Shown here piece by piece: positions 45,602 through 55,910 of a stretch of 64,000 bases of DNA. This DNA is from Candidatus Aenigmatarchaeota archaeon. GTDB taxonomy: Archaea; Aenigmatarchaeota; Aenigmatarchaeia; QMZP01. Position numbers and translations under genes: made by a program. The stretch lies in contig JACPNN010000021.1 of the NCBI GenBank assembly GCA_016185435.1, positions 269 through 64,268 of the forward strand. The letters are read 5' to 3'. The notes below the pieces were generated by a model that searched no databases, was not told the origin of the DNA, and worked only from the letters and a program-made list of their open reading frames with translations. Every line of letters begins with the position of its first letter. The first letter of the stretch is position 1.

Positions 45602-46285
45602 TCACAATCTTGCCAGCCCATAAATAGCAACCTTCTTCCCCAGCCTGTATGCCCAGCAGCTGTCGCCGTAGCTCCAGTGCCACCATTCGCCCGGATAATT
45701 GGTGAAGCCTGCGCCGGACATTGATTTTATCAGGATTTCCCTGTTTTGCCTTGCTTCCCCTGAAATTAATCTGGAATATGTGCCAGACACTTTCATGGCT
45801 TCAGGAGAGGGCCATTTGAAAGGGGAAGTCATGTCTATTGGCCTTCCTTCGGAAGTGCAGACTGTGAGATCAACCGCCCCGCCTGTGCAGTGGCCAGGAG
45901 GTGTTCTTGCATCAGGGGGATGGACATATTTGTTTGCTTCTCTTCTGAGAACGTGATATGGCCACTCTGGATGCTCTTTTTTGAGCATTTCCATTATCCT
46001 TTCATATGCTTTCTTCTGCTCTTCTATTGTCCTGTATGCGCTGAGAAGAAGAAAACTGTAATTTTTTGGAAGAAAAGAAGCAGCTTCTGAAAGCATAAGC
46101 GCAACTGTTTTTCTCAGATAGAACTTCCTGGCCTTCGGATCTTCTATCGGACATATGTCCCATTTTTCCCTGTCGTTCCTCACAAACAGATGTTTGCAGG
46201 CCTTCGAAATATCAGTAAGAAGCTCTCCATTGTCCCTGATTATTATTTTGTCCAACTCTGACAGGGGTTCGGAAAACCTGAACAT
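45602..46285 (-). CDS. VanX/DdpX-like D-Ala-D-Ala dipeptidase (peptidase M15D)
   Basis: HPPDARTPPGHCTGGAVDL (HxxGxAxD zinc site) and GEWWHWSYGD (EWWH motif). Confidence 0.6.
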   Translation of the reverse strand: MFRFSEPLSELDKIIIRDNGELLTDISKACKHLFVRNDREKWDICPIEDPKARKFYLRKTVALMLSEAASFLPKNYSFLLLSAYRTIEEQKKAYERIMEMLKKEHPEWPYHVLRREANKYVHPPDARTPPGHCTGGAVDLTVCTSEGRPIDMTSPFKWPSPEAMKVSGTYSRLISGEARQNREILIKSMSGAGFTNYPGEWWHWSYGDSCWAYRLGKKVAIYGLARL

Positions 46286-46342
46286 AAGAAAAATAAGGAA
46301 GCTGCAAATAAGTATTAATAGGGCCTAGGAAGAAATATCTAT

Positions 46343-46729
46343 ATGCACCCGAAGATGAGCAGGTTCGGGGACGCGAAGGCCGAGATAAAGAAGGCCTCAT
46401 CGCTTCCCGGAGCCGAGTTCCTGGATAAGGCCTACAGAATCCTGTATTCCAGATGCAAATACACAGGGTTCGGCCTTTTTGGAGAGAACGGCCAGAAGGC
46501 TGTTTTCGGGGCTATTGGAGCGGATTCTGAAAAAGCAATTGAAAAGGCAAAAGCATCCGGTAAAATATCGACCTCAGGGAAGGCCATTTCAGCTCCCATA
46601 GGAAACAATGGCAATGTACTGGCATATATGGCGATAGAGAGCTTCCTGCCTTTCTTTGATGACCTTGACAGGAATATTGTCGAGTTCTTGGCAAAGACGC
46701 TGGAGGAGAAGATGGGGGAGCTGCAATAA
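46343..46729 (+). CDS. GAF-like small protein, paralog 1
   Basis: 128 aa; KYTGFGLFGENGQKAVFG... resembles the GAF/fRMsr-like core; 85% identical paralog at 47266-47652. Confidence 0.35.
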   Translation: MHPKMSRFGDAKAEIKKASSLPGAEFLDKAYRILYSRCKYTGFGLFGENGQKAVFGAIGADSEKAIEKAKASGKISTSGKAISAPIGNNGNVLAYMAIESFLPFFDDLDRNIVEFLAKTLEEKMGELQ

Positions 46730-46863
46730 GCTGCTTTTCTGGATCATATACAATTGTACCTACTCGCATGCCTGATCTTATAATCAAAACAAAATCCAAA
46801 AGGAAAAAAATAATTGCGCCCTACTTCCGCTTTCCAGGCTTTATCCGCCTTTAGCGCGTCAGA

Positions 46864-47037
46864 TTAGAACCTTCTTTCAGGCTTGTGTTTCTGGAAGCAG
46901 TCCCTGCAGTAAACAGGCCTGCCTTCAGTGGGCTTGAAAGGCACTTTGCATGCCTGACCACAGTCCGCACATGTTGCATCGTGCTCTTCCCTGGGGCCGA
47001 AGCTTCTGCCTCCGAAGCCACCTTCTCTGAATGCCAT
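46864..47037 (-). CDS. 57-aa CxxC...CxxC zinc-ribbon protein, copy 1 (not in track)
   Basis: MAFREGGFGGRSFGPREEHDATCADCGQACKVPFKPTEGRPVYCRDCFQKHKPERRF; conserved second copy at 48907-49086. Confidence 0.5.
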   Translation of the reverse strand: MAFREGGFGGRSFGPREEHDATCADCGQACKVPFKPTEGRPVYCRDCFQKHKPERRF

Positions 47038-47265
47038 TTTTTCACTCCTCTTTTCTTATATGCCAAAACAGACTCAATTGAAGCTGCCTTGGAGATGCCG
47101 GCCAAAGAATCAACTTCCTTGCTAGGGCTGTATGCCGCCCAACATCCAGTTAAATAATGTACGACTGGTTTTTAAAGGCATACTCTCGGCAGGGGAGCCG
47201 CTATGGAGCGTCAAAAGAACTGCTTTCTTTATTTTTTGAAATAGGGCCTCGGAAGAAATATCTAT

Positions 47266-47652
47266 ATGCACCCCAAGATGAGCAGGTTCGGGGACGCGAA
47301 GGCCGAGATAAAGAAGGCCTCATCGCTTCCCGGAACCGAGTTCCTGGAGAAGGCCTACAGCATACTGTATTCGAGATGCAAGTACACAGGGTTTGGACTT
47401 TTCGGAGAAAACAACCAGAAAATTGCTTTTGGAAATATCGGCACTGACTCTGAAAAAGCAATTGAAAAGGCAAAGGCATCCGGTAAAATATCGACATCTG
47501 GAAAAGCTATTTCCTCATCCATCGGAAACAATGGAAACGTTACCGCTTATCTGGCCATCGAGAGCTTCCTGCCTTTCTTTGACGATCTGGACAGGAATAT
47601 GGCGGAGTTCCTGGCGAAAATATTGGAGGAGAAGGCCGGAGAGCTGCTATAG
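47266..47652 (+). CDS. GAF-like small protein, paralog 2
   Basis: Tandem paralog including duplicated upstream region. Confidence 0.35.
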   Translation: MHPKMSRFGDAKAEIKKASSLPGTEFLEKAYSILYSRCKYTGFGLFGENNQKIAFGNIGTDSEKAIEKAKASGKISTSGKAISSSIGNNGNVTAYLAIESFLPFFDDLDRNMAEFLAKILEEKAGELL

Positions 47653-47770
47653 ACCTTTTTGTGCGAATTCTTCTGACAGGTTCAGATATATACAATTGTA
47701 CCAACTGATAGCTACAAAAGTAGAAAATCTTTATATACAAGTGTAGCTAAAATTATATACAAGTGTAGCT

Positions 47771-48169
47771 ATGAACAGGGAGACGCATAAAAGGAACATT
47801 ATGGAAAGCGTGGAAGTAATCAGGGAATGCATAGACAAAGGCGTTGAAAAGAGGCAGAGAACGATAGGCTTTCACTGCTCTTCAGCAGCTACAGACATGC
47901 TTGAGCTGTTTCTTCACGAGAACAATCTCATAGATCCGGGCGCAAACATAAAGCATGACTACTTCTCCTCCATCAGGAAAGCAGAGGAAAAGCTGAATTT
48001 CGAGTTTCCGAACAAGCAAAAAATAATAAAGCTGCTGGTTGAAATCGAGAATAAAAGGAATCTCCTGTGCTATGGAAAGCCGCAGGAAAAAGAAGAAATA
48101 GAAAAATATATTGAGTTGTTCAATACTTCAAAGAGTGTTTTTGAAAAGGCGGGGATTAGATATGAATGA
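47771..48169 (+). CDS. HEPN-like partner of MNT (pair 3)
   Basis: Paralog of 18103-18504; overlaps downstream MNT gene. Confidence 0.45.
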   Translation: MNRETHKRNIMESVEVIRECIDKGVEKRQRTIGFHCSSAATDMLELFLHENNLIDPGANIKHDYFSSIRKAEEKLNFEFPNKQKIIKLLVEIENKRNLLCYGKPQEKEEIEKYIELFNTSKSVFEKAGIRYE

Positions 48170-48794
48170 TCTTAGCAAAATGCTGCTTGCTTATACTATG
48201 GACTTTGCTTCATTTCTTGCTTCCAGCCTGAGCAGGGAACAGTTTGCCAACATAAAATCTGTAGTTGTTTTTGGATCTGTTTCAAGGGGCGAGGCAGAAA
48301 AGGGCAGCGACATAGATGTTTTCATTGATGTGATAAGGCAGGACAGCATTGAAAAAAAGGTTGCCGGAATACTGAAGGATTTTTACGAAACAGAGATTTT
48401 CAGGAGATGGAAGCTGAAAGGCATTGAGAACAAGATAAACTGCATAACCGGCAATCTGGATTCCTGGAAAGAACTAAGAATTTCGGTGCTAGCCAATGGG
48501 ATTGCAATCTATTCGAAATACGCAGGACGGTCCAATGGAAAGCAGTATGTCATCATCTACTGGAATGCGATAAAATCGGCGTCGAAACGTGTGCAGCTGA
48601 GCAAGAAGCTGTACGGTTACAGGCAGAAGACTGCGTACTATAAAGGGATGATTGAGCTGACAGGCTCGATCAAGCTCGGCCCGAACTGCATGCTTTCGCC
48701 CCTTGAATCGGCAAAAGCTGTTATTGATGTTATTCGCAATTCTGGAACCGCTGCAAGAACAATATATGTGCAAAGGATAGATGATGTTGGCTGA
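48162..48794 (+). CDS. minimal nucleotidyltransferase (MNT) of pair 3
   Basis: VVFGSVSRGEAEKGSDIDVFIDV motif; paralog of 17496-18119. Confidence 0.6.
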   Translation: MNDLSKMLLAYTMDFASFLASSLSREQFANIKSVVVFGSVSRGEAEKGSDIDVFIDVIRQDSIEKKVAGILKDFYETEIFRRWKLKGIENKINCITGNLDSWKELRISVLANGIAIYSKYAGRSNGKQYVIIYWNAIKSASKRVQLSKKLYGYRQKTAYYKGMIELTGSIKLGPNCMLSPLESAKAVIDVIRNSGTAARTIYVQRIDDVG

Positions 48795-48906
48795 GGTGCA
48801 GAATGTTAGAAATTTCTGAAAAACTGCAAAACAAAATCCAAAAGGAAAAAAAATAATTGCGCCCTACTTCCGCTTTCCAGGCTTTATCTGCCTCTATCGC
48901 GTCAGA

Positions 48907-49086
48907 TTAGAACCTTCTTTCAGGCTTGTGCTTCTGGAAGCAGTCCCTGCAGTAAACAGGCCTGCCTTCAGTGGGCTTGAAAGGCACTTTGCATGGCTGT
49001 CCGCAGTCCGAACAGGTTGCATCGTGCTCTTCTCTCGGGCCGAAGCTTCTTCCGCCGAATCGGCCGCCGCCTTCTCTGAATGCCAT
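48907..49086 (-). CDS. 59-aa zinc-ribbon protein, copy 2 (not in track)
   Basis: MAFREGGGRFGGRSFGPREEHDATCSDCGQPCKVPFKPTEGRPVYCRDCFQKHKPERRF. Confidence 0.5.
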   Translation of the reverse strand: MAFREGGGRFGGRSFGPREEHDATCSDCGQPCKVPFKPTEGRPVYCRDCFQKHKPERRF

Positions 49087-49375
49087 TTTTTACACTCCTC
49101 TTGCTTTATATGCCAAAAACAGTCTCATTCCGAGAGCTGCCTTGGAGATGCTTGCCAAAGAAACAAGTTCCTGGCTATGGCCGAAAGCCACTCAACACCC
49201 AGTTAAATAATGTACAATTGCTTTTTAAAGGCATACCCCCTGTAGCGTGCCGCTATGACATCAGTTCTCAGGCGTGATCCAGGGGAAGAAACGGTGGCGC
49301 TCTCCAGCGGCCTTTTTAAAACGTATTTAAATGCATGCTACTATAGTATTAACATCAATTTTGAGCCCCTCCACT

Positions 49376-49600
49376 ATGGATATCCTGTCGCATGCGCTTG
49401 TGCCAAAGCACGAGCTCTTGAGTGAGAAGGACAAGCATGAAGTTCTTTCAAAATACGGTATCCCTGCCGGCAAGCTCCCAAAAATGCTTGCTTCTGACCC
49501 TGTCGCCCAGGTTATCCAGGCCAAAGCAGGCGATGTTGTCAGGATTCTCAGGAAAAGCGAGACAGGCGGAGAGGGCATATATTATCGGCTTGTAGTGTGA
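49376..49600 (+). CDS. rpoH: RNA polymerase subunit H (Rpb5-like)
   Basis: MDILSHALVPKHELLSEKDKHEVLSKYGIPAGKLPKM...GDVVRILRKSETGGEGIYYRLVV matches RpoH; track ORF start at 49331 is likely too far upstream. Confidence 0.75.
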   Translation: MDILSHALVPKHELLSEKDKHEVLSKYGIPAGKLPKMLASDPVAQVIQAKAGDVVRILRKSETGGEGIYYRLVV

Positions 49601-51057
49601 TCATGTATACGCAGCTTCTCAAAAAATTCGAGGAAGAGAGGGGATTTATCAGTTTTCAGATTAGGAGCTTCAACAAATTCATAGAGAATGATATCCAGAC
49701 AATAATGAGCGAGATAGGAGAGGTCAACCTCACCCCTGAAACCAATGCCATGAAGCTGCTTTTTGGGGAAGTCGAGCTCGGAAAGCCTGTCATCAAGGAA
49801 GCCGACGGCTCAACGAGGCAGATTTACCCCAACGAGGCCAGGATAAGGAACCTCACCTATTCCACGCCCATTTTCGTCTATATGATCCCTGTGGTGGAGG
49901 GTGTGAAGGAGAAGCCTGAGAAAGTCCATATTATCGACATGCCCATCATGGTGAAGAGCAAGCTCTGCTCCACCTCCGGCCTCTCGAAAGAGGAGCTGAC
50001 CGAAAAAGGCGAAGATCCTGAAGACCTGGGGGGCTATTTCATTGTTAACGGGACCGAAAGGGCCGTTGTGATGATAGAGGAGATAGCCAATAATATACCA
50101 ATCTTCGAGAACGACAATGGCCTGATAAAGGTCAGGATAAATTCAGAAAGGTCAGGCTTCAAGCAGAAGCATCTGGTGGAAATGAAGCCTGACGGAGAGA
50201 TAACAATCACTTTTGCAAACATCAGAAGGCTTCCTATAGTCACGCTTCTCAAGGCCCTTGGGATGGAGACAGACAAGCAGATATGCGACAATGTCTCCCA
50301 GGACGAGAAAGTTCTCAATGAGTTCTATATCAACCTCTACAAAGAGGAGGTAATCACAACAGAGGATTCGAAAGAGGCCATAGGCAAGAGGCTGAAAATC
50401 GCGAGAGAGTACAGGGATGAGAGGATAAACCAGATACTTGACAAGTATCTTCTGCCTCATATAGGCCAGACGCCCGAGGAAAGGTCCCTCAAAGCGATGG
50501 CCATAACCCGCATAATAAGGAAGTCAATATCCCTTTACCTCGGAGAGATATCAGCCGATGACATTGACCACTACTCGAACAAAAGGCTGCTGATGGCCGG
50601 GGACCTGCTGGGGCAGCTGTTCAGGAGCATCCTTCTGGGAAGGTGGGGGCTGATAGCCAAGATGAATTACAATTACCAGAAGCTCGTCAAGAGAGGAAGG
50701 ACGCCCTCCATACAGGGCATAGTGGAGGCTGATGCGGCCACAAAGCAGATACTCTCGAGCATCGCAACAGGCAACTGGATAGGCGGCAGGACAGGAGTGA
50801 GCCAGAGGCTTGACAGGAGCAGTTATGTGAGGACAATCAGCCACCTGAGGAGCATTGTCTCGCCGCTGACATCGACGCAGGAGCATTTCTCAGCAAGGGA
50901 GATACATCCGACAGAATGGGGCAAGATATGCCCTGCAGAAACGCCTGAAGGAAGCTCAATAGGGCTGAGGAAGCATCTGGCAATCCTTGCGGAAATTACA
51001 GCCGGGATGAGCCCTGAGGAGAGCGAGAAGGTTTCAAAGTTCATCCAGGCGCTTTGA
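49597..51057 (+). CDS. rpoB2: RNA polymerase subunit B'' (N-terminal part of split RpoB)
   Basis: Conserved RpoB N-terminal blocks; start overlaps rpoH stop. Confidence 0.8.
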   Translation: MIMYTQLLKKFEEERGFISFQIRSFNKFIENDIQTIMSEIGEVNLTPETNAMKLLFGEVELGKPVIKEADGSTRQIYPNEARIRNLTYSTPIFVYMIPVVEGVKEKPEKVHIIDMPIMVKSKLCSTSGLSKEELTEKGEDPEDLGGYFIVNGTERAVVMIEEIANNIPIFENDNGLIKVRINSERSGFKQKHLVEMKPDGEITITFANIRRLPIVTLLKALGMETDKQICDNVSQDEKVLNEFYINLYKEEVITTEDSKEAIGKRLKIAREYRDERINQILDKYLLPHIGQTPEERSLKAMAITRIIRKSISLYLGEISADDIDHYSNKRLLMAGDLLGQLFRSILLGRWGLIAKMNYNYQKLVKRGRTPSIQGIVEADAATKQILSSIATGNWIGGRTGVSQRLDRSSYVRTISHLRSIVSPLTSTQEHFSAREIHPTEWGKICPAETPEGSSIGLRKHLAILAEITAGMSPEESEKVSKFIQAL

Positions 51058-51065
51058 GGGATATT

Positions 51066-51320
51066 ATGGCAAAAGACATCATACTGTCGACAACACAGGA
51101 AATACCGGGAAGGGGGAGTGGCAAAGATCCTTGGGATAGTCAAAGGAAACTCCATACGCTCGAGAGGCGTCGGAGGGCATATAGCGCTTCCCTTGAAAGC
51201 CTTCTCGGAGGGGAGATAACAGCTTATCTGGAGAAGCGCATGAAGATAGAGTCTTCAGAAGTGATGCAGAACGCCGCTGAAATATTGGCATATGGGACAA
51301 CGATAAAATTGAGATCATAA
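51066..51320 (+). CDS. 84-aa ORF in the extra DNA between rpoB'' and rpoB'
   Basis: MAKDIILSTTQEIPGRGSGKDPWDSQ...; stop TAA overlaps the rpoB' ATG (TAATG); no recognisable homology. Confidence 0.3.
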   Translation: MAKDIILSTTQEIPGRGSGKDPWDSQRKLHTLERRRRAYSASLESLLGGEITAYLEKRMKIESSEVMQNAAEILAYGTTIKLRS

Positions 51321-53137
51321 TGGGGGATAAAGGAATGGCTGAACCGAAATTCGCTGATGTCTATCTGGACGGAAAATTCATCAAGACGATAAACAATCCT
51401 GAAAAATTCGTGAATGAGATTAGGGACAGACGAAGGAAGGGTTTGCTGCCATACCAGCTCAACGTAGGCTATTATCCCCAATCAAACGAGATCAAGGTGT
51501 TCACGGACAATGGCAGGGCGAGACGGCCCCTTATAATCGTCGATAACGGGAAGCCCAGGCTGACAGAGCAGCATCTCAAGGATCTGAAGACAGGCAAGAT
51601 AGACATTTCATATTTGCTGAGGAACGGAATAGTCGAGTTTCTGGATACTGCCGAAGAGGAAAACGCTTTCATAGCATTGAAGAATGAAGACCTGACGCCT
51701 GAGAACACGCATCTGGAAGTGGATCCAATCGCCGTCTTCGGGGTATCCGCAGCCCTCATACCATATGCCGAATACAACCGCGGGGACAGGGTGAACTATG
51801 GCGCCAAGATGGCGTGCCAGGCCATAGGAGTCTTCGCATCCAATTATATCCTGCGCACTGACACCAAATCAAATATCTTCACCTATCCCCAGGAGCCTCT
51901 TGTGGCCACAAAGATGGGCACTGTGCTGAAGAAATATCCCCAGGGGCAGAATGTGATAGTGGCCATAATGAGCTATGACGGCTACAACATGAACGACGCG
52001 GTGATACTTAACCGCGCTTCAGTCGACAGAGGCCTGTTCCGCACCTTCTATTTCCGCACTTATGAGGCAGAGAAAAGGAAATATTTCGGCGGCCAGGAGG
52101 ATGAAATCTCAATCCCTCAGCCTGGAACGAAAGGCCACAGGGGAGAAAAGGCGTACAAGGATCTGGCCGAGGACGGGATAGTAAGCACTGAAACGCCTGT
52201 TGAAAGCGATTCTGTCCTTGTCGGGAAGATATCGCCCCTGAGATTCCTGTTCGGCGAGGAGTTTGCCGCAGAGCTGGACAACAAGAGGGAGGCCAGCATA
52301 ACTGTGAGGCATGGCGAAAGAGGGATTGTAGATGCCGTGGTTCTCAGCGAGACCCTTGACGGTGCCCAGTTAATCAAGGTCAGGGTGAGGGATGAAAGGA
52401 TACCTGAAATAGGCGACAAATTCGCCTCAAGATACGGGCAGAAAGGCGTCTCAAGCCTTCTGATGAATAGCGAGGACATGCCTTTCACCTCTGAAGGCAT
52501 AGCGCCTGACATAATCTTCAACCCACACGCCATACCAAGCAGGATGACGATAGGCCAGCTTCTGGAGCTGCTGAGCGGCAAGTATGCGGCAATGGCAGGC
52601 AGGCAATTTGATGCCAGCCCTTTCAACCATATGAAAGAGCAGGATGTGAGAAATGCGATGAGGAAGATGGGCTTCAGGGATGACGGGAAGCAGACTTTGT
52701 ATGACGGAAGGACAGGGAGGAAGTTCGACGTTCTGATATTCGTGGGCCCATGCTATTACTTCAAGCTCGACCACATGGTCACAGACAAGATACATGCAAG
52801 GAGCAAGGGGCCTGTGACACTTTTGACAAAGCAGCCGACTGAAGGGCGGGCCAAGAGAGGCGGGCTCAGGCTTGGGGAAATGGAGCAGCAGTGCATCCTC
52901 GGCCATGGGGCTGCGCTCACGCTTAAGGAGAGATTCGATTCGGACAAGACATCCCTGCCCGTCTGCACCAAGTGCGGCATGCTTGCGATCCATGAGACGG
53001 CAAAGCACAAGATATACTGCAGCATGTGCAAGTCAAGCGAGATCAAATGGGTGGAGACAGGCTATGCATTCAAGCTCTTCCTGGATGAGCTCAAGGCCAT
53101 AGGCATATACCCCAAGCTGGAAGTGGAGGAAATCTGA
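51320..53137 (+). CDS. rpoB1: RNA polymerase subunit B' (C-terminal part of split RpoB)
   Basis: Conserved RpoB C-terminal blocks and C-terminal zinc ribbon CTKCG...CSMCK. Confidence 0.8.
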   Translation: MGDKGMAEPKFADVYLDGKFIKTINNPEKFVNEIRDRRRKGLLPYQLNVGYYPQSNEIKVFTDNGRARRPLIIVDNGKPRLTEQHLKDLKTGKIDISYLLRNGIVEFLDTAEEENAFIALKNEDLTPENTHLEVDPIAVFGVSAALIPYAEYNRGDRVNYGAKMACQAIGVFASNYILRTDTKSNIFTYPQEPLVATKMGTVLKKYPQGQNVIVAIMSYDGYNMNDAVILNRASVDRGLFRTFYFRTYEAEKRKYFGGQEDEISIPQPGTKGHRGEKAYKDLAEDGIVSTETPVESDSVLVGKISPLRFLFGEEFAAELDNKREASITVRHGERGIVDAVVLSETLDGAQLIKVRVRDERIPEIGDKFASRYGQKGVSSLLMNSEDMPFTSEGIAPDIIFNPHAIPSRMTIGQLLELLSGKYAAMAGRQFDASPFNHMKEQDVRNAMRKMGFRDDGKQTLYDGRTGRKFDVLIFVGPCYYFKLDHMVTDKIHARSKGPVTLLTKQPTEGRAKRGGLRLGEMEQQCILGHGAALTLKERFDSDKTSLPVCTKCGMLAIHETAKHKIYCSMCKSSEIKWVETGYAFKLFLDELKAIGIYPKLEVEEI

Positions 53138-53419
53138 TATGAGAGCCATGCTTGATTTTCTGGCCGCGGGGATTTCACAGGCAGCATGTGCAATCAGGCC
53201 CAAGCTTGCAGCTATCGCCAGCTCTATCAGCCCCTTTTCTTTCGCCTCTCCTTCATTTTTTTCTCCCCGCCTTTTTTCTGCAAGCCAGAAAGATACAGCC
53301 CATTCAAAATCAAGCTATATCTCCACTCTCGATCTCGTCTGTTCCATGCCTTTGGCTCCGCATATTTCTTCCATGTTCCCGTTCAGGCTGCACGAGCTGC
53401 CTAAGAAAGGAGGGACAAT

Positions 53420-55906
53420 ATGCCGGCACGGCTGAAATCGCTCGAATTCATCCTTCTTGATTCCGAAATAGTGAAGAATATTGCCAGAGTAAGAATTGTG
53501 AACAGCGAGCTTTACGATGCCGACGGCTACCCGATAGAAGGAGGGGTCATGGACCCAAGGCTCGGAGTCATTGATCCCGGCCTGTACTGCAGGACATGCA
53601 ACTGCGGCATAGGGGAATGCATGGGCCATTTCGGCTACCTGGAATTTGCAAGGCCTGTGATCAATGTGCTTTATGTGAAGATCATCCATGAGCTCATGAA
53701 GAAGATATGCTGGAAATGCAGCAGGCTGATCAACCCGGCAGACATAGTGGAAGAGACGAGCACCCAGCCTTCAAAATGCTCCTATTGCGATGCAGTCCAG
53801 AGGAAGGTTAAGTTTGTCAAGCCTTACACATTCTATGAGGACGGCAATGAGCTTGATGCGCTGACGATAAGGGAGAGGTTTGAAAAGATTCCTGCAGGAG
53901 ACACGAAGACGATGGGCTTCAATGGGGGAAGGCCTGAATGGCTGATAATGACCCTCTTCCCTATCCCGCCTGTCACAATGAGGCCTTCCATCACGCTTGA
54001 GACAGGGGAAAGGAGCGAGGATGACCTGACGCACAAGCTTGTCGACATCGTCCGCATCAACCAGTCCCTCAAGGAGAATATAGACATCGGCGCGCCGGAA
54101 TTCATCATAAGGGACTTATGGGAGCTTCTTCAGTACCATGTCTCGACATACTTTGACAATGAGCTGACTGGGGCTCCCCTGGCAAGGCACAGGTCCGGCA
54201 GGCCGCTGAAAGGGATAATACAAAGGCTGAAAGCCAAAGAAGGCAGGCTGAGAGGCAATCTCCTTGGAAAGAGGGTCAACTTTTCTGCCCGGACAGTGAT
54301 TGCGCCCGACCCGAGGCTGAGCATAAACGAGGTTGGCGTTCCAGAGCTTGTGGCAAAGGAAATCACCATCCCGGTGTCCGTCACCAGCCTTAACACAGGC
54401 CATGTCAAGCAGCTGATAAAGGAGGGGCTGGTCAATTATGTCACGAGGCCGGACGGCAGGAAGATAAAGGTCACGGAGGACAACAAGAAGGAAGTTGCGG
54501 AGAACATCAGCCTTGGATGGAGCATCGACAGGCAGCTCATGGATTCTGATGTTGTGATATTCAACAGGCAGCCAAGCCTGCACAGGCCCTCCATAATGGC
54601 CCACAGGGTCAGGGTTATGCCAGGCAAGGCCTTCAGGATCAATCCTTCTGTATGCTTCCCGTACAACGCTGACTTCGACGGCGATGAGATGAACCTCCAT
54701 GCACTGCAGAACGAGGAGGCGAGGACAGAGTCAACTGGCCTGATGCTTGTCGAGAACAATATCATAAGCCCCAAGTTCGGAGGGCCTATAATAGGCCTTG
54801 ACCTTGACCAGCTTTCAGGCTCTTATCTGCTGACAGCCAATGATGTGGAGATGACAAGGGAGGAGGCATGCCAGCTGCTGGCTTTTGCCGGGATAGACAT
54901 TGTGCTTCCGGAAAAGAAGACCTTCAGCGGCAAAGAGATATTCAGCTTCCTGCTCCCTGGAAAGTTCAGCATGGAGCATGATGCGCATTTCGCAAAAAGC
55001 CTCGACAGCAAAGAGAAGGAGAAGCAGGACGGGATAGTGACAATAAGGGACAGCATGCTTGCAAGAGGGAGGGTTGATGAGGCCTCTGTAGGCGCAGAGT
55101 CAGGCTATATAATAGGAAGGATAATAAGGCTTTTTGGCAATGCAGCTGCTGCGCAATTCATAGACAATGCCGCCAGGCTTGCGACAAGCTTCCTCCTCAG
55201 GAGAGGGTTCTCTGCGGGGCTCTCAGATCTTGACCTCCCTGAAAGGGTGAAGAAGGACATCAAGGGAAGGCTGCAGCAGGGAATGAAACATTCAGAGGAT
55301 CTGATCTCGCAGTACAAGGAAGAGGAGCTTGAGATACTTCCGGGCATGACGCCTGAGGAAAGCCTTGAAACCCATATACTCAATGCGCTCTCAAAGAGCA
55401 TAAGCGATGTCAGCACCACAGTTTCTCTTCACATCAAGGAGTCAGACATAGTGGCAATGGCAAAATCAGGGGCAAAGGGCAGCTTCATCAACATATCCCA
55501 GATGATCGCCGGAGTGGGCCAGGAAACCATACTTGGCGAGAGAATAAATTCAGGCTATATAGGCAGGACTTTGCCGCATTTCATGGCCAATGATTTGTCA
55601 GCCACAAGCAGGGGCTTTGTGGGCAGAGGGTTCAGGGAAGGCCTGATGCCATATGAGATATTCTGGGACATCATGAATGGAAGAGAAGGCCTGATGGACA
55701 AGTCCCTCAGGACAAGGAAATCAGGGTACATGCAGAGACGGCTGGTAAATGCCCTGCAGGACCTCAAGGTCAAGAATGATCTGACGGTAAGGAATTCAGT
55801 CAATGAGATTGTCCAGTTCAAGGCCGGGGAAGACGGGATGGATGTGAGCAAAACCGATTTCGGGACGCTGAACTGGAAGAGCATTATCGAGCAGGAAGGG
55901 CTATGA
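53420..55906 (+). CDS. rpoA1: RNA polymerase subunit A'
   Basis: Conserved A' N-terminal blocks (YDADGYPIEGGVMDPRLGVIDPGLYCRTCNC..GECMGHFGYLEFARPV) and the NADFDGDEMN active-site motif. Confidence 0.85.
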   Translation: MPARLKSLEFILLDSEIVKNIARVRIVNSELYDADGYPIEGGVMDPRLGVIDPGLYCRTCNCGIGECMGHFGYLEFARPVINVLYVKIIHELMKKICWKCSRLINPADIVEETSTQPSKCSYCDAVQRKVKFVKPYTFYEDGNELDALTIRERFEKIPAGDTKTMGFNGGRPEWLIMTLFPIPPVTMRPSITLETGERSEDDLTHKLVDIVRINQSLKENIDIGAPEFIIRDLWELLQYHVSTYFDNELTGAPLARHRSGRPLKGIIQRLKAKEGRLRGNLLGKRVNFSARTVIAPDPRLSINEVGVPELVAKEITIPVSVTSLNTGHVKQLIKEGLVNYVTRPDGRKIKVTEDNKKEVAENISLGWSIDRQLMDSDVVIFNRQPSLHRPSIMAHRVRVMPGKAFRINPSVCFPYNADFDGDEMNLHALQNEEARTESTGLMLVENNIISPKFGGPIIGLDLDQLSGSYLLTANDVEMTREEACQLLAFAGIDIVLPEKKTFSGKEIFSFLLPGKFSMEHDAHFAKSLDSKEKEKQDGIVTIRDSMLARGRVDEASVGAESGYIIGRIIRLFGNAAAAQFIDNAARLATSFLLRRGFSAGLSDLDLPERVKKDIKGRLQQGMKHSEDLISQYKEEELEILPGMTPEESLETHILNALSKSISDVSTTVSLHIKESDIVAMAKSGAKGSFINISQMIAGVGQETILGERINSGYIGRTLPHFMANDLSATSRGFVGRGFREGLMPYEIFWDIMNGREGLMDKSLRTRKSGYMQRRLVNALQDLKVKNDLTVRNSVNEIVQFKAGEDGMDVSKTDFGTLNWKSIIEQEGL

Positions 55907-55910
55907 TATG
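55893..55910 (+). repeat. 18-bp perfect direct repeat copy 1 at the rpoA'/rpoA'' junction
   Basis: aggaagggctatgatatg also at 56075-56092; contains rpoA' stop TGA and what would be the overlapping rpoA'' ATG. Confidence 0.85.

Noticed and set aside
51054-53422. Clean target-site duplications at the B''/B' and B'/A' junctions
   Set aside because: Only partial similarity is present (TTGAG...ATAATGG at B''/B'; only the ATATG motif at B'/A'). Reported as suggestive, not as demonstrated TSDs.
53139-53460. Three overlapping 72-102-aa ORFs in the rpoB'/rpoA' spacer
   Set aside because: Low-complexity (Ser/Pro/Phe-rich), mutually overlapping frames within inserted DNA. The first starts at the ancestral rpoA' ATG position but is out of frame with rpoA'.
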